From: a virus
DNA: 64,000 nt
Strand: one strand, 5' to 3'
IMG/VR virus record: IMGVR_UViG_3300032173_000004
Span: 11,816 to 75,815 of that record
Within the stretch, counting starts at the first letter, position 1, and the number at the start of each line of letters is the position of its first letter. Made by a program: the position numbers and the translations under genes. Of the stretch, positions 10,515-20,394 are shown piece after piece. The notes beneath the pieces are model-generated. The model was not told the origin of the DNA and ran no database searches. It was given only the letters and a program-made list of their open reading frames with translations.

Positions 10515-10552
10515 GTGAAACCCCGGGGAGGACTTGCCTCCCCGGGGATCAC
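10515..10552 (-). terminator. GC-rich hairpin with CAAGU loop in the tail-tube leader (terminator or attenuator)
   Basis: Minus strand CCCCGGGGAGG-CAAGT-CCTCCCCGGGG-TTTC. 11-bp perfect stem, short U tract. Confidence 0.6.
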
Positions 10553-10594
10553 ACTGTTTCCTGTGGCCTGGCGGACAACAGGATCTTGACAACC

Positions 10595-10624
10595 AGCCTA
10601 TCTCAGGTGGTAGACCCGCGTCAA
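10595..10624 (-). promoter_or_regulatory. sigma70-like promoter TTGACG-N18-TAGGCT
   Basis: Intergenic. Same spacing as the copies at 31242-31271 and 46842-46871. Confidence 0.55.
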
Positions 10625-10662
10625 GAAATCGGGATCTTAGAAAAGCTGAACGATCTCAGCTG

Positions 10663-11346
10663 CTAGGAGGGCTTGGTGTAGAGGGCGATCGTGTCCCGGA
10701 CCAGCTGCAGCGCAGAAGCGATGAGAGCCCCGCCACCGTGGCCGCCAGCAGATCCGCCCGCGAAGGGGCTGCCGACCGTGAAAGGGACCGTGGCTGCACT
10801 CAACCAGGCCGGCACGGCACCTCCCAGCTGTCCGATGAGTCTCACCAGGGCTGAGATCATCGTGGGGCCGAAGCCATAAGGATTGCTGGCAGAGTCGCCG
10901 AGCCCCTTGCCACCACTCATCGAATCGATCTCCGCGTCGACGGCAGCGTACTCGACGCTGAAGGTGTCGTTGTCGCCTGGAGCCGACGGCAGAACCTTGT
11001 TCAGGTTCAGCGTGTTGGTCGTGTTGCTCACCACGAACGCTGTGACACCAGCCAGGGCTGGGGTCACATCGCCGAGGAACGTCACCTTGGCGCCGACGAG
11101 GCTATTGACCCTGGTGAAGGCACCTGCCGTCTTCACCGCCGTGGTCGAACTACCGATGGCTACCGCCAGCAGTCCCGTGGTGTCGATGAGTGCCGTCAGG
11201 CACCTCAACAGGTCTCCCACCCGATTGCCCCGAACGAATAGATCTGTGGCTGCCGCGGTGTGAGTGGTCGCATCCGTGTGAGGCAGGACAGAAGCCTTGA
11301 GGTTTGCCAGCTGGGTGTCCAGGATGGCCGGAATCGAGATCGACAT
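10663..11346 (-). CDS. Putative virion protein with a beta-rich domain like the sheath inserts
   Basis: 227 aa between sheath and tube. VGAKVTFLG...VVSNTTNTLNL...PSAPGDNDTFSV. Confidence 0.6.
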   Translation of the reverse strand: MSISIPAILDTQLANLKASVLPHTDATTHTAAATDLFVRGNRVGDLLRCLTALIDTTGLLAVAIGSSTTAVKTAGAFTRVNSLVGAKVTFLGDVTPALAGVTAFVVSNTTNTLNLNKVLPSAPGDNDTFSVEYAAVDAEIDSMSGGKGLGDSASNPYGFGPTMISALVRLIGQLGGAVPAWLSAATVPFTVGSPFAGGSAGGHGGGALIASALQLVRDTIALYTKPS

Positions 11347-11373
11347 GACTCAGTCTCCTTTCTTTCTTGTCTT

Positions 11374-13980
11374 CTACGCAGCCTGCCTGGGCAGCTGGAG
11401 GTAGATATCGTTGAGCTGGAAGTTGATCCCCACCGCGGGGTAGATCATGACCTTGATGGTGGCGATGTCGCCACTGATCGTCACCCGGAGCTGCTCATAG
11501 CCCGGCACCGTCTCGCCGTTGTCGTTGAGCGAGGTGACGACAATGTTGTCGGCGTTGCATGCATCCAGGTACGCCACCGCGGTGTCTTTGATCGAAGCCG
11601 CGTTGGCTGGGCTGCCCTTGACACCGGTGAACCGGTCTTCAAGGGTCGTGCGAAGCCCGTAGGCCACGTACCGAACCACATCGCGAGTCGAACCTTCCAT
11701 GTAGGCCAGGTTGTCATCCTTCAGGTACGTCGTGAGGTCGCGGACCCACCTGATGCCCTTGCCTTGGACGAACTCCGCGAACAGAACTCCACCTGCGATC
11801 ATCTGATTCGCGTCCGTCCGGTCACGAGGATCCCAGGACGTGTCCTGAGTGATCGCAAAGGCCTTGAGGTACTTGTGGGTGAGGGGCTCGCCAACCTCAG
11901 GAGCACCAGACCTCATACCGGCAGCCTCAACTGCTTGCGCCCACGCATCCTGGGTCACCAGATTGCTGTCAACATCGAGAACATCGATCCTCTGTCCACA
12001 GAGTTGAATGTCTTCGTTGTTGATAGCTTGCACCTGAGACAGAATCTGGGTTTTCGTTCCCTTGTAGCCGATGATGCCACCACACTCATTCTTGGCAACA
12101 CCTCGAGCCATCGAAACGTGAGCCGACAGCTGAGCTGCTACTGCAGACCAAGTGGCATCCGAAGTAAGGCCTTCGTTGGCCAGATCTTCAACGATGAGAG
12201 GCACCACGAAGTTGTGGCGCACCTGCAGCATCATGTCGAACGCCGTCTGCCAGTCACTGTTGTGACTGTGACCGCGAGAACCGCCGGACAGGTACCTGTA
12301 TGTGTCTCCGACGACACCTACTGATCCACCCGTCCACTCTGGCCGACCACCACCGGTTCCGGTTCCTCCCGTCGTAGCCTTCGCCGCCGTGATCCACTGA
12401 TTCTTGACGTTGATGTCGTCAACCAGCTGCGACAGGTTCCGCTTGAAGTTGTTCGGCCACGGAACAGTGTAGGCCAGCGTCGGAGTCGGCTGAGTTGTCA
12501 CCGTGGCCAGATCGTTCCTCAGGTCTGATCCGGTGGCACCGAGATCGAAGTCGAACGACGAGGCCAGCGTCGTCTGCTTGTTGACATAGCTCGGGATCGT
12601 GGCCTTGTAGTTGGTGTTGGCGTTGATCGTCGCTGCCAGCTGCTCGACCGTGTCCAGCGGACTGATGGTGATGTTCAGCTCCTGAGTCGGAGAGACCGCC
12701 CCGTTGACCGCTGTCATCGTGCGAAAGGCTGTTGCCTTTCCAAGGGACCCGACAAACGATCCAGTGGCCTGGGTGACATAGTGAATCTCGTAGACATCAC
12801 CGACGCCAGGAAGCGTGGTCCACGGGCAGTCCAACGTGAGAACTGGAGCCGTACCAGCCGTGTTGCTGGTGATCGAGCGACGCTGACCGGCTCCCACGCC
12901 AGTCGTAATCGCCACGACCATGCCTGCCAGCTCGTTGGCAGCCACATTGATGGCATCGACACCCGTACCGGGCAGAGTCAACGATGATCCAGAGCCAGCG
13001 GCAAGCAGGGCCCCGGTCAAGATCTGACCCTTCCTGATCTCGTACGTGGCTCCGATGCCAGGAGCCAGCTGGAAGGCGTTGGTAACGCTGACCGTGGTCG
13101 CTCCATTGGCGCTGATCTTGCGAAAGTTCGGAGTGGTCAGAGCACCACCCGTCGCCTTGACGAAGAATCCGATCCACGCGCTCGGAGTCCACGCTTTGGT
13201 GGAGTCAGCGATCTGTGTCGTAGAGCCAGCTCCGTCGGCTGTTCCTCCGTCCAAGAGCACACGAGTCGACTGACCAATGTACTCTACTTGGAGGAATGAC
13301 TTGTCACCGAGGTCATCGCTAACCTGGGACAGATCTCCGAACGAAGTGGACCAGGCGCCGCCGCTGGTCACGCCAGGCTCCCACTCCTGTTTGATCTGAT
13401 TGGTGTGAGCACCGTAGTCCTTGCTCGTGAAGACGATCATCGGGGCAAGAACATACAACGTGGCCGAGGTAGCCGGAATCGCCGAGAACGGAGTTGCCAG
13501 CGTGATGGCTGTCGCCGTGTTGGTCAGGATCACTCGATCCTCTGAGCCACTCCGAAGGATGTTGTTCTTCAGCTCGTCCACGGTGAACGACTCGGCAGGA
13601 ACCTGGATAACCGATGTGGTGGATCCAGGCCCCACAACCACGCTGTCGATGCGGTTGTAGAGAGTCAACGCAGCCTGTGTGCTGTTGTTGACCTTGAGGC
13701 AAAGGCAGCGGAACGCGCCACCAGGGATACGTGGATCGTTCGACGCGTCGAACGCCACCCTGATGGCATCAGCCAGCTTGCCGTTGCGGAAGGCACCCTT
13801 GGCCAAGGCCGGATCGTCGATGGTGACGATCGTGAGAGGCGGTCCGCCCTCGGCCTCGCCAATCAGACCGACGATGCCATTGGTGGCGAGACCGATCTGG
13901 GCAAGAGCGCTGGAGTTGATCCTCGTGAGACCACCCGGTCGAAACTGGGTGATCCCGTTGAACGTTACTGAGCGTGCCAT
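11374..13980 (-). CDS. Tail sheath protein with inserted repeated beta domains
   Basis: N-terminus FNGITQFRPGG...GLIGEAEGGPP; C-terminus GIRWVRDLTT...LEDRFTG...VMIYPAVGINF, typical of SPO1/Twort-like sheaths. Confidence 0.9.
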   Translation of the reverse strand: MARSVTFNGITQFRPGGLTRINSSALAQIGLATNGIVGLIGEAEGGPPLTIVTIDDPALAKGAFRNGKLADAIRVAFDASNDPRIPGGAFRCLCLKVNNSTQAALTLYNRIDSVVVGPGSTTSVIQVPAESFTVDELKNNILRSGSEDRVILTNTATAITLATPFSAIPATSATLYVLAPMIVFTSKDYGAHTNQIKQEWEPGVTSGGAWSTSFGDLSQVSDDLGDKSFLQVEYIGQSTRVLLDGGTADGAGSTTQIADSTKAWTPSAWIGFFVKATGGALTTPNFRKISANGATTVSVTNAFQLAPGIGATYEIRKGQILTGALLAAGSGSSLTLPGTGVDAINVAANELAGMVVAITTGVGAGQRRSITSNTAGTAPVLTLDCPWTTLPGVGDVYEIHYVTQATGSFVGSLGKATAFRTMTAVNGAVSPTQELNITISPLDTVEQLAATINANTNYKATIPSYVNKQTTLASSFDFDLGATGSDLRNDLATVTTQPTPTLAYTVPWPNNFKRNLSQLVDDINVKNQWITAAKATTGGTGTGGGRPEWTGGSVGVVGDTYRYLSGGSRGHSHNSDWQTAFDMMLQVRHNFVVPLIVEDLANEGLTSDATWSAVAAQLSAHVSMARGVAKNECGGIIGYKGTKTQILSQVQAINNEDIQLCGQRIDVLDVDSNLVTQDAWAQAVEAAGMRSGAPEVGEPLTHKYLKAFAITQDTSWDPRDRTDANQMIAGGVLFAEFVQGKGIRWVRDLTTYLKDDNLAYMEGSTRDVVRYVAYGLRTTLEDRFTGVKGSPANAASIKDTAVAYLDACNADNIVVTSLNDNGETVPGYEQLRVTISGDIATIKVMIYPAVGINFQLNDIYLQLPRQAA

Positions 13981-13998
13981 GGTTTGCTCCTACCCTGG

Positions 13999-14259
13999 TT
14001 AGTAGTTCTTGAAGAGCTTGTCCCACTCTTCGACTGTTCGCCGCCCCGTGGTGTCCGCGAACGCCTCCATGCCACCTCTCCAGTGGGGCTTGAATCCCTT
14101 CGACTGGAACCACCTGGCAAACGACACCAAGGGGGCCAGCTCCTTCTTCGGAGAGGCGACCTTTGGCTCCTCTGCGGGGGTTGAGGCTTCCTTCAGCTCG
14201 GGCTGCGGAGCAGAAGGAGCCGGGTTCTCCTTTACGTCCTCACGCGTTGTCTTCGCCAT
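13999..14259 (-). CDS. Hypothetical protein upstream of the sheath
   Basis: 86-aa ORF with SD and a P/E/K-rich N-terminus. Confidence 0.6.
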   Translation of the reverse strand: MAKTTREDVKENPAPSAPQPELKEASTPAEEPKVASPKKELAPLVSFARWFQSKGFKPHWRGGMEAFADTTGRRTVEEWDKLFKNY

Positions 14260-14271
14260 TGGCCGGTCCTC

Positions 14272-15330
14272 CTACGGAGCAAGGTTCAAAGTCGTTTCAG
14301 AGACAGTTCGGCTCACTCCCGAGCTATCCCCAACATTCGGATCACGAACACTGAGAGCGACGGCGATCCTCTTGATCGTCTCGACCGTGAGATAGACATC
14401 AAAGCCGTACTGGAACTCGAGGATCAGAGCACGCAGATATGACGGATCAGGAAGGTACTCTGGTTTCTGAACAAAATCCGTCCCGCTAACCTTCGGCTCG
14501 ATGATTCCTCGTTGCTGCATCCACTCGCAGAAGATAAAGAAGATCGCCTTGACCATAGCATACAAGCAGATCGTGATCTCTGGATTCGGACCGGCGATCG
14601 AAAGCTGGTACGACGTTCGGTACAAGGCTCCCTTTCGCTCCACGACAGCTCCAGTGCCGAAGAGCTTAGAAGGCTCACCCGTGATGTGCCCGGCGTCCTG
14701 GAACTGGAAATCGAACACAGACGTCGCATCTGGGATCGTCATCCAGTTCGAAGTGACCTCCACCGTGATGGCTTTGGAGGCAGCATTCCTGGACATGGTA
14801 TTGACCACGCGTCGTTGACCAGCACCCTGGCCCTCCCTAATCACCACCAACACTTCTGGCACCTCAAACGGATCGGAGATGTTGAAGATTTCATCTGTGG
14901 TCTCGAAGATGAGTGTGGAGATCGTTGCCGCGGTGACACGGTACGGACCAGCCAAAGTGAACGTCTCGTTGGCCAGGTTAGACAAGGAGCCACTGCCAAC
15001 TTCATTCGCTGGATCACCAGCCTCGTCTTCGAAGTCGAATGGCGTTCCTGTGTCCTCTACGTTCCTTGGGCCCTGCATCACGTCCCCCAAGAACGCTTGG
15101 CTCTCAGCCTCGCTCTTGAGGGCTATGATGATCGCCGGCAGCTGCGGCGGGGTGGCAGGCCAATTGATCGCAATGTCGATTGAGCTGTTGACGATGAAAT
15201 CCCGCAACCCCATGACATCTTCTTGGGTGAGATTTCGAAACAGCATGTCGATCAGATCAGGATTCTCTCGGAAGGTGCGAATGCCCTTCACCAGAACTTC
15301 CTGAATGACCATCTCTGGCATGAGGCTCAT
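14272..15330 (-). CDS. Putative tail terminator/neck protein
   Basis: PAIIIALKSEAESQAFLGD...YLRALILEFQY. Position just upstream of the sheath. Confidence 0.6.
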   Translation of the reverse strand: MSLMPEMVIQEVLVKGIRTFRENPDLIDMLFRNLTQEDVMGLRDFIVNSSIDIAINWPATPPQLPAIIIALKSEAESQAFLGDVMQGPRNVEDTGTPFDFEDEAGDPANEVGSGSLSNLANETFTLAGPYRVTAATISTLIFETTDEIFNISDPFEVPEVLVVIREGQGAGQRRVVNTMSRNAASKAITVEVTSNWMTIPDATSVFDFQFQDAGHITGEPSKLFGTGAVVERKGALYRTSYQLSIAGPNPEITICLYAMVKAIFFIFCEWMQQRGIIEPKVSGTDFVQKPEYLPDPSYLRALILEFQYGFDVYLTVETIKRIAVALSVRDPNVGDSSGVSRTVSETTLNLAP

Positions 15331-15929
15331 ACGAGCACCCGTGCAATCAACGGCACGAAGACCGTCGCAATCTGCTTCCTGATGTACTCGATCACTGCCG
15401 GTCTCAGCGGCCCAGGACCGCCCGTACCGATGGGCTTGAAACCTGGATGAACCCAGCCACTGGACTTCGGCAGCATCCGTCGGTAGCTATTCGGATCACC
15501 CTGCTCCTTGTTCTTGGTGCGAAACGGGATGTCCACGAATGGTGGATTCGGCTTCTTTCCGCCAGGATTCGTCTTATGCAGCTGGGACCAATGATCTCCG
15601 GCGTGGCCCTCGAGGCGCGGTGGCTTCAGGTCGAATGCCGACACACCCTGTTCCAGCTTGGAGACAAGCCAGTTCGTTGACTTGTCTCGAGCGAACAGAG
15701 TGATGCACGAATGCGAGGCATCGTCGATGGAGTAGTGCAGAGCGTCTTGGTAGCGACGTCGTGTTGACTTCAGCTTGCGCCCAGCTTCGTTCTGCCATTC
15801 CTCATAGGCCGCCTGCGTGATCTGACGAAGACCTTTCTCGCAAGCTTCCTCGAGGCGCTGGGGCAGCTTCTCCATCTTGTTGATGAGTCGATCCGCCAAC
15901 ACCTTGACTTTGATAACCAACGTGATCAT
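15327..15929 (-). CDS. Putative tail completion/neck protein
   Basis: Start reassigned to ATG 15929, which overlaps the upstream stop (TGATG). LEQGVSAFDLKP...PFR...YRRM...SGWVHPGF motifs of SPO1-like neck proteins. Confidence 0.6.
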   Translation of the reverse strand: MITLVIKVKVLADRLINKMEKLPQRLEEACEKGLRQITQAAYEEWQNEAGRKLKSTRRRYQDALHYSIDDASHSCITLFARDKSTNWLVSKLEQGVSAFDLKPPRLEGHAGDHWSQLHKTNPGGKKPNPPFVDIPFRTKNKEQGDPNSYRRMLPKSSGWVHPGFKPIGTGGPGPLRPAVIEYIRKQIATVFVPLIARVLV

Positions 15930-16726
15930 CAGCATCCCCCCAGTCGCGTGCAGAAAGCCACGCGGTCCAGTGCCCGAATCGACGGGTCCTTCGTGGGAAG
16001 AACGATGTGCCTCTTGCGCAAAGGGCACCTCATGCCAAGGTCACGACCTCGATCCTGTCTCGTGTTCGGAGGATTGAAAACGATCCACTCCAGGTACGCC
16101 ATGTACTTCAGGGTGTAGGGCTTGAACATCTGCGGTCGGTTTCCCTTCCAGCGGACCACTCTGCTTCCATCAAGCTCAAAGTCCGCTCCACCTTCGTAGA
16201 CCTTGCCATCAAGATCTTCGCACCATACCGACTCTGCGGCGTTGTACCAAAGAAGATCCTCATCGTCGTCAACACCGATGTTCTTCCTGGTACCGTTCTC
16301 GTCCTGAGATCCAGCTCCTCGAACGATGACTTGTCCCTCATCCACGGCCTGAGGCCAGGTGTAGGTGATCCGATCTCCAGTGCAAACCTGGTAGCCCGGA
16401 GCGATGGACATGATGGCGTCGCCTGGAACCATCCAGCCCATCTCATCGCGATTACGGGTCTCGGAGATCCCTGTGAGGATGGCCACGACCTTGCGAGGAT
16501 CTCGGAAGAGGAATCCGATGCCGTTGCACAGCTCGCAGCGGAAGGTCGTTCTCTTCCGCAGAACGTGAGGACGCTCCAGAAGCCCAGCCGGCATGTCATC
16601 AGCGCCACACGGGCAGCGGATCGCCGTCTCGTGGATCACGATCTCGCCCCGGTTGTTCACCTGGCCGGTGTGGAGCTTGAGGTTCCAATCGATCCCCAGC
16701 CCTCGGTATGGTCCTCTCGTCGTCAT
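15929..16726 (-). CDS. Putative head closure/neck protein with Cys motifs
   Basis: RGEIVIHETAIRCPC...CELCNGIGFLF, as in Herelleviridae neck proteins. Confidence 0.7.
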   Translation of the reverse strand: MTTRGPYRGLGIDWNLKLHTGQVNNRGEIVIHETAIRCPCGADDMPAGLLERPHVLRKRTTFRCELCNGIGFLFRDPRKVVAILTGISETRNRDEMGWMVPGDAIMSIAPGYQVCTGDRITYTWPQAVDEGQVIVRGAGSQDENGTRKNIGVDDDEDLLWYNAAESVWCEDLDGKVYEGGADFELDGSRVVRWKGNRPQMFKPYTLKYMAYLEWIVFNPPNTRQDRGRDLGMRCPLRKRHIVLPTKDPSIRALDRVAFCTRLGGC

Positions 16727-16773
16727 GATCCTCGCTATAGTAACCGAAACAAAGAGAATTCGGCCACTTATAT

Positions 16774-18186
16774 CTACAGAACCACCACTCCCAGCCCCTT
16801 GTACCTGCCCTTGACCCCTTTGATCTCCCGGTTGATGAACTTGTTGTAATCCTCGATAGTTGCAGCGTAGATCCCGTAGACGGCGCTGGCAGTGTAGGAC
16901 ACGCTCTCCGACACCCCGTCTCGGGATAGGGACTGGGAGGAGAACCCGCCGCGGTAGGCGTGCCCAGCGACCGTCAGAGCGTCGATGGCGGCCTTCTTGC
17001 CCAAGATCTCCAGAAGAACAGGATCCACTTGCCTCAAACCAGCCCGCCCGTTGAAGTGCCAGAAGTTCGGCAGCTCGATCTGACCACGGATGCTCTCGAC
17101 CCAGACAAGGCCGATGAACTGGAAAGCGATCTGCTGATTGAAAGGCACCAGCTGCGAGTACCCACTACGCTCAGCAATCTCTAGCCATTCCAGGGCTGTA
17201 TCGATGATCCTGGTATTGGCGATCTGGCCAAACAGGTTGTCGAGCCTCAGCAGGCCAGGGTAAGGGAACATGATGTCGATCCAACGAGCTGGGGTCGACG
17301 GGAAGAACGTGATTGGCGGAACAAGGAAGTCCCAGTCCACTACCGGGCCACCTGGAACCGGAACCAAATCCGTGGTGATCCGAGTAGGCTCTAGAAACAC
17401 GCCCGCGAGCTTGTCGTTCTCCAACCAGTCGCACGACTGGTTGATCCAGCGACGTAGCATGTCGTCAGTGATTTCGGCTGCCGTGACGAACAGCTCCTCA
17501 GCTTTGTTGGCAGTGGGAAGAGCAGTCACGTTTCGAACCTGGATGACGATGTAGTCGCTGCCCTGGCAATCTCTCTTGAGAAGATAACGACCAGGGGAGT
17601 TGATCACGATCAGAGGACCAGCTCCCCATGAGATCTGTCTCGAGACGGTTGCTGTTCCGTGGTAGACGTAGGTGAGCTTCTCGAACCCCGTGGCATGGGA
17701 CGTGCTGACCTGGACCACCTCAACGCCGGTGATCTCCGACGGCTGAAACTTCACAGCCCGCACATCGTTGGCTTCCAGAGGCAGACCGAAGATGTACGTG
17801 TCCCGGAGCTGCTGAGCCGTCAGGATCGAAATAAGGAAGTCAGCTGTCACACCCGCCACCGAGGGATTGGACTTCACGAACGCTTTGACGAAGTAGTACC
17901 CCCTACGGATGAGGTTGATCTGATACTGGTCAACTACATCTTCGTAAAGGTTGATCGACACAACTCCTACTTGTGGATCGGTAGTGCCAGAGATCGTGAC
18001 GTCCTTCGAGTACACTGCGACGCTTCGATCTCTACGCGCCTTGACAAGCTGCACCGTCAAGACAGTCCCTGACATGTTGCCGCCGCCAGACGCAGTCCAT
18101 TGGACATTGATCACCTGACGAGGACGCTCGAACTTGCTGTACTCGTCGAGATCAACAGTGACTTGGACAGTGGTTGGTGCCGCCAT
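16774..18186 (-). CDS. Head-tail adaptor with N-terminal extension
   Basis: C-terminus GGFSSQSLSRDGVSESVSYTASAVYGIYAATIEDYNK resembles SPO1/Twort adaptors. Confidence 0.7.
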   Translation of the reverse strand: MAAPTTVQVTVDLDEYSKFERPRQVINVQWTASGGGNMSGTVLTVQLVKARRDRSVAVYSKDVTISGTTDPQVGVVSINLYEDVVDQYQINLIRRGYYFVKAFVKSNPSVAGVTADFLISILTAQQLRDTYIFGLPLEANDVRAVKFQPSEITGVEVVQVSTSHATGFEKLTYVYHGTATVSRQISWGAGPLIVINSPGRYLLKRDCQGSDYIVIQVRNVTALPTANKAEELFVTAAEITDDMLRRWINQSCDWLENDKLAGVFLEPTRITTDLVPVPGGPVVDWDFLVPPITFFPSTPARWIDIMFPYPGLLRLDNLFGQIANTRIIDTALEWLEIAERSGYSQLVPFNQQIAFQFIGLVWVESIRGQIELPNFWHFNGRAGLRQVDPVLLEILGKKAAIDALTVAGHAYRGGFSSQSLSRDGVSESVSYTASAVYGIYAATIEDYNKFINREIKGVKGRYKGLGVVVL

Positions 18187-18195
18187 GTCTGTCCC

Positions 18196-18831
18196 CTATG
18201 GGATGTCGAACAGATTGTCCGACGCGTTAGCCGGCACAGTCAGAGTGCGCCGATAGTTGATCACCGGGATAACGATGTCCACGATTGAGCCCTGCAGAAT
18301 CTCGAGGGCGAAGAAGCCTCCTTGATCTGTTTTGGCGCTGATGATTCCAGAACAGATGCCACCACGGTTCGGAGTGATCCCCATGATAGCCGGCGCTGAC
18401 AGTACTCTGGCGCTGATCGACTCTCCGATGAGAGCCTGCCCCTTGAGGTCGACCAGGTTTCCTGTGATGACATTGGTCGCCAGGCTGATCGTTCCTGGAG
18501 TGTAGGTGCTCGACGACTCCACGAATGCCTGGCCCACCGACTGACGGATGGCCGGAGACGGCAGAGCCCCGTTCCCGTTAACGACATAGAGGAACGTGCC
18601 CAGAACAGCCAGCTCTGGAGCGGAGAACAGAATCTCGTAGAAGCCGTTGCCGTTCTCTCGGAAGTCAGCCCCCGAGAGCAGCTTCAGAGTGAAGGTTGGA
18701 TCAGTGGACTTCTTGAAGCTGACATCCACTTGGTTGTAGAGAATGCCCACTCGCGGATCACCAGTGCCGACGTCCGCAGCGAGGAAAGGCAGCCAGGTTG
18801 GTGTTCCTTGAAGAATCTCGATGTAGGACAT
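18196..18831 (-). CDS. Putative virion structural protein (beta-rich)
   Basis: 211 aa with Ig-like pattern, inside the structural operon. Confidence 0.55.
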   Translation of the reverse strand: MSYIEILQGTPTWLPFLAADVGTGDPRVGILYNQVDVSFKKSTDPTFTLKLLSGADFRENGNGFYEILFSAPELAVLGTFLYVVNGNGALPSPAIRQSVGQAFVESSSTYTPGTISLATNVITGNLVDLKGQALIGESISARVLSAPAIMGITPNRGGICSGIISAKTDQGGFFALEILQGSIVDIVIPVINYRRTLTVPANASDNLFDIP

Positions 18832-18841
18832 CGTCTGTCTC

Positions 18842-19261
18842 CTAGAAGATCACCGGGTACCGATCCTCGACCACATCGTCGACGAATCCACCCATCTTGA
18901 TCTCCCCAATCTGGGGCATGTTAGCCGCATCGCCGCCGCCATCCATCACAGCCGTCACGACGTAGGATTCGATCGGCTGTGTCGGACCCAATGTCGAGGT
19001 ATCGAACCCATCCACATGCGTCGGCGTGTTCAAGTAGTACTCTCCTGGGCTGAGTGCAGACGACACCTCGTCCAGCTCCTGCAACAGCTGAGTGGGTGAC
19101 GCTTTGAACTCGTTGTCGCTCCAGTCCAGATAGAAATTGTCGCTTGTCCTCCGAACCTTGATCTTCACATTGGTAAGACCAGTCATAGGTTGATCGACAG
19201 AATCGACCACCATGACGATGATGGGTTCCTTCTCGCCGGTTTTTATCCGAGCACTGAACAA
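18842..19261 (-). CDS. Putative virion structural protein (Ig-like)
   Basis: 139 aa. PMTGLTNVKIKVRRTSDNFYLDWSD. Confidence 0.55.
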   Translation of the reverse strand: MFSARIKTGEKEPIIVMVVDSVDQPMTGLTNVKIKVRRTSDNFYLDWSDNEFKASPTQLLQELDEVSSALSPGEYYLNTPTHVDGFDTSTLGPTQPIESYVVTAVMDGGGDAANMPQIGEIKMGGFVDDVVEDRYPVIF

Positions 19262-19273
19262 GACGACCTCGCG

Positions 19274-19654
19274 TCATGTTGGCTTTTTCGACGACAACAA
19301 CCCCGCCGTCACTGCCGGGAATGTGTCGCCGGTTGCCCTCTTCTTCGCTGCGCTTGATTTCTCTCTCACCGATGCCGCCAGGGCTATCACCTGAGCGCTG
19401 CCCTCTTCAGCGATGGCGGCCTGAGCTTTGGCTTTCACATCCCTCTTTCTGCTTCTCAGTCCTACCTGTGCGCTAAGAGCCATGTCAAGCTGATCGCTGG
19501 AGATCAGGCCATTCGCTATGAGAAGCTTTCCCAGCATCACCTCAATCGACGAATCAGCTTGCTCCTCAACAGCACATTCAAGCTGATGAGAATTGATAAT
19601 CCCCATCGCAAGCAGGATAGCCCCCAAAGATGTCGGGTCATCCTTCGGATTCAT
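19274..19654 (-). CDS. Stand-alone MshEN-like (T2SSE_N, c-di-GMP-binding fold) protein
   Basis: Two 24-aa motifs, SLGAILLAMGIINSHQLECAVEEQ and MLGKLLIANGLISSDQLDMALSAQ, match RLGxxLLxxGLIxxxxLxxxLxxQ apart from the first Arg (and Val for one Leu in motif 1). Confidence 0.8.
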   Translation of the reverse strand: MNPKDDPTSLGAILLAMGIINSHQLECAVEEQADSSIEVMLGKLLIANGLISSDQLDMALSAQVGLRSRKRDVKAKAQAAIAEEGSAQVIALAASVREKSSAAKKRATGDTFPAVTAGLLSSKKPT

Positions 19655-19881
19655 CGCGGACTCCTCCGTATCTCATCAAGATCTCGTTCCACCTTCTGTA
19701 GCGTACCGTTGAACTCAGTGTTCGTCTTGGTCATGGCCATACCAAGATCGTATAGCTTGTCAGCCAGTTGATTGATCCTCTTCTGGCTGTTGATGAACAG
19801 AATGATAAACACCGCGCACACAATCCACGGCGCCCCTAGTTTCAACAACGCAGTGATGACTGGTCCAAGAGCGGCGTCCAT
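19651..19881 (-). CDS. BhlA/UviB-like holin candidate
   Basis: 76 aa. One N-terminal TM segment (GAPWIVCAVFIILFI) then a coiled coil. Confidence 0.55.
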   Translation of the reverse strand: MDAALGPVITALLKLGAPWIVCAVFIILFINSQKRINQLADKLYDLGMAMTKTNTEFNGTLQKVERDLDEIRRSPR

Positions 19882-19988
19882 GGGTACCCCTTACCGAAGC
19901 CTATCAATGTAGTCGTTAAGCCTGAAGAACTTCTCCAGCAATTGCTGAATCAGCTCAAGGCCATCCTCCTCAGTAATCTCTCCATCGT

Positions 19989-20192
19989 TTATCCTACCAA
20001 CCAGCCTTTCAGGTCTCCTAGATCAATACCGAACTTAGCCTTGATCTTCTTGGCTAACGCTCTGAGGTCCGCAAGTTGTTGATCAAGAGTCTTCACCATT
20101 GGACACTCTACTACCTCACAAGAAAAGATCGAACGAAGTCGATCTTCCAAACTTGAAACCAGCCTAATGGCTGGAAACTCATTCGAGGACAT
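19989..20192 (-). CDS. Hypothetical protein
   Basis: 67-aa ORF in a lower-GC stretch. Confidence 0.4.
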   Translation of the reverse strand: MSSNEFPAIRLVSSLEDRLRSIFSCEVVECPMVKTLDQQLADLRALAKKIKAKFGIDLGDLKGWLVG

Positions 20193-20390
20193 CTACCACT
20201 CAACCTTCGTGATGGCCTCAGTCAAGGATACTCTGGGTATACCCAAAGAATCACAGGCTGCTGCAATCAGCTCATCCACAGTCTCACCCACCACCAATAA
20301 CCTTAGCTCGGCACAAGTGGCCAAGTAGCCACACGTCAGAGTGCTCACCTCCCACACTGAGCCTTCCAGCACAAACGAAGTGAGAGGCAC
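20193..20390 (-). CDS. HicB-like small protein
   Basis: GYLATCAELRLLVVGETVDELIAA resembles the HicB N-terminal pattern. Confidence 0.45.
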   Translation of the reverse strand: MPLTSFVLEGSVWEVSTLTCGYLATCAELRLLVVGETVDELIAAACDSLGIPRVSLTEAITKVEW

Positions 20391-20394
20391 ATTC

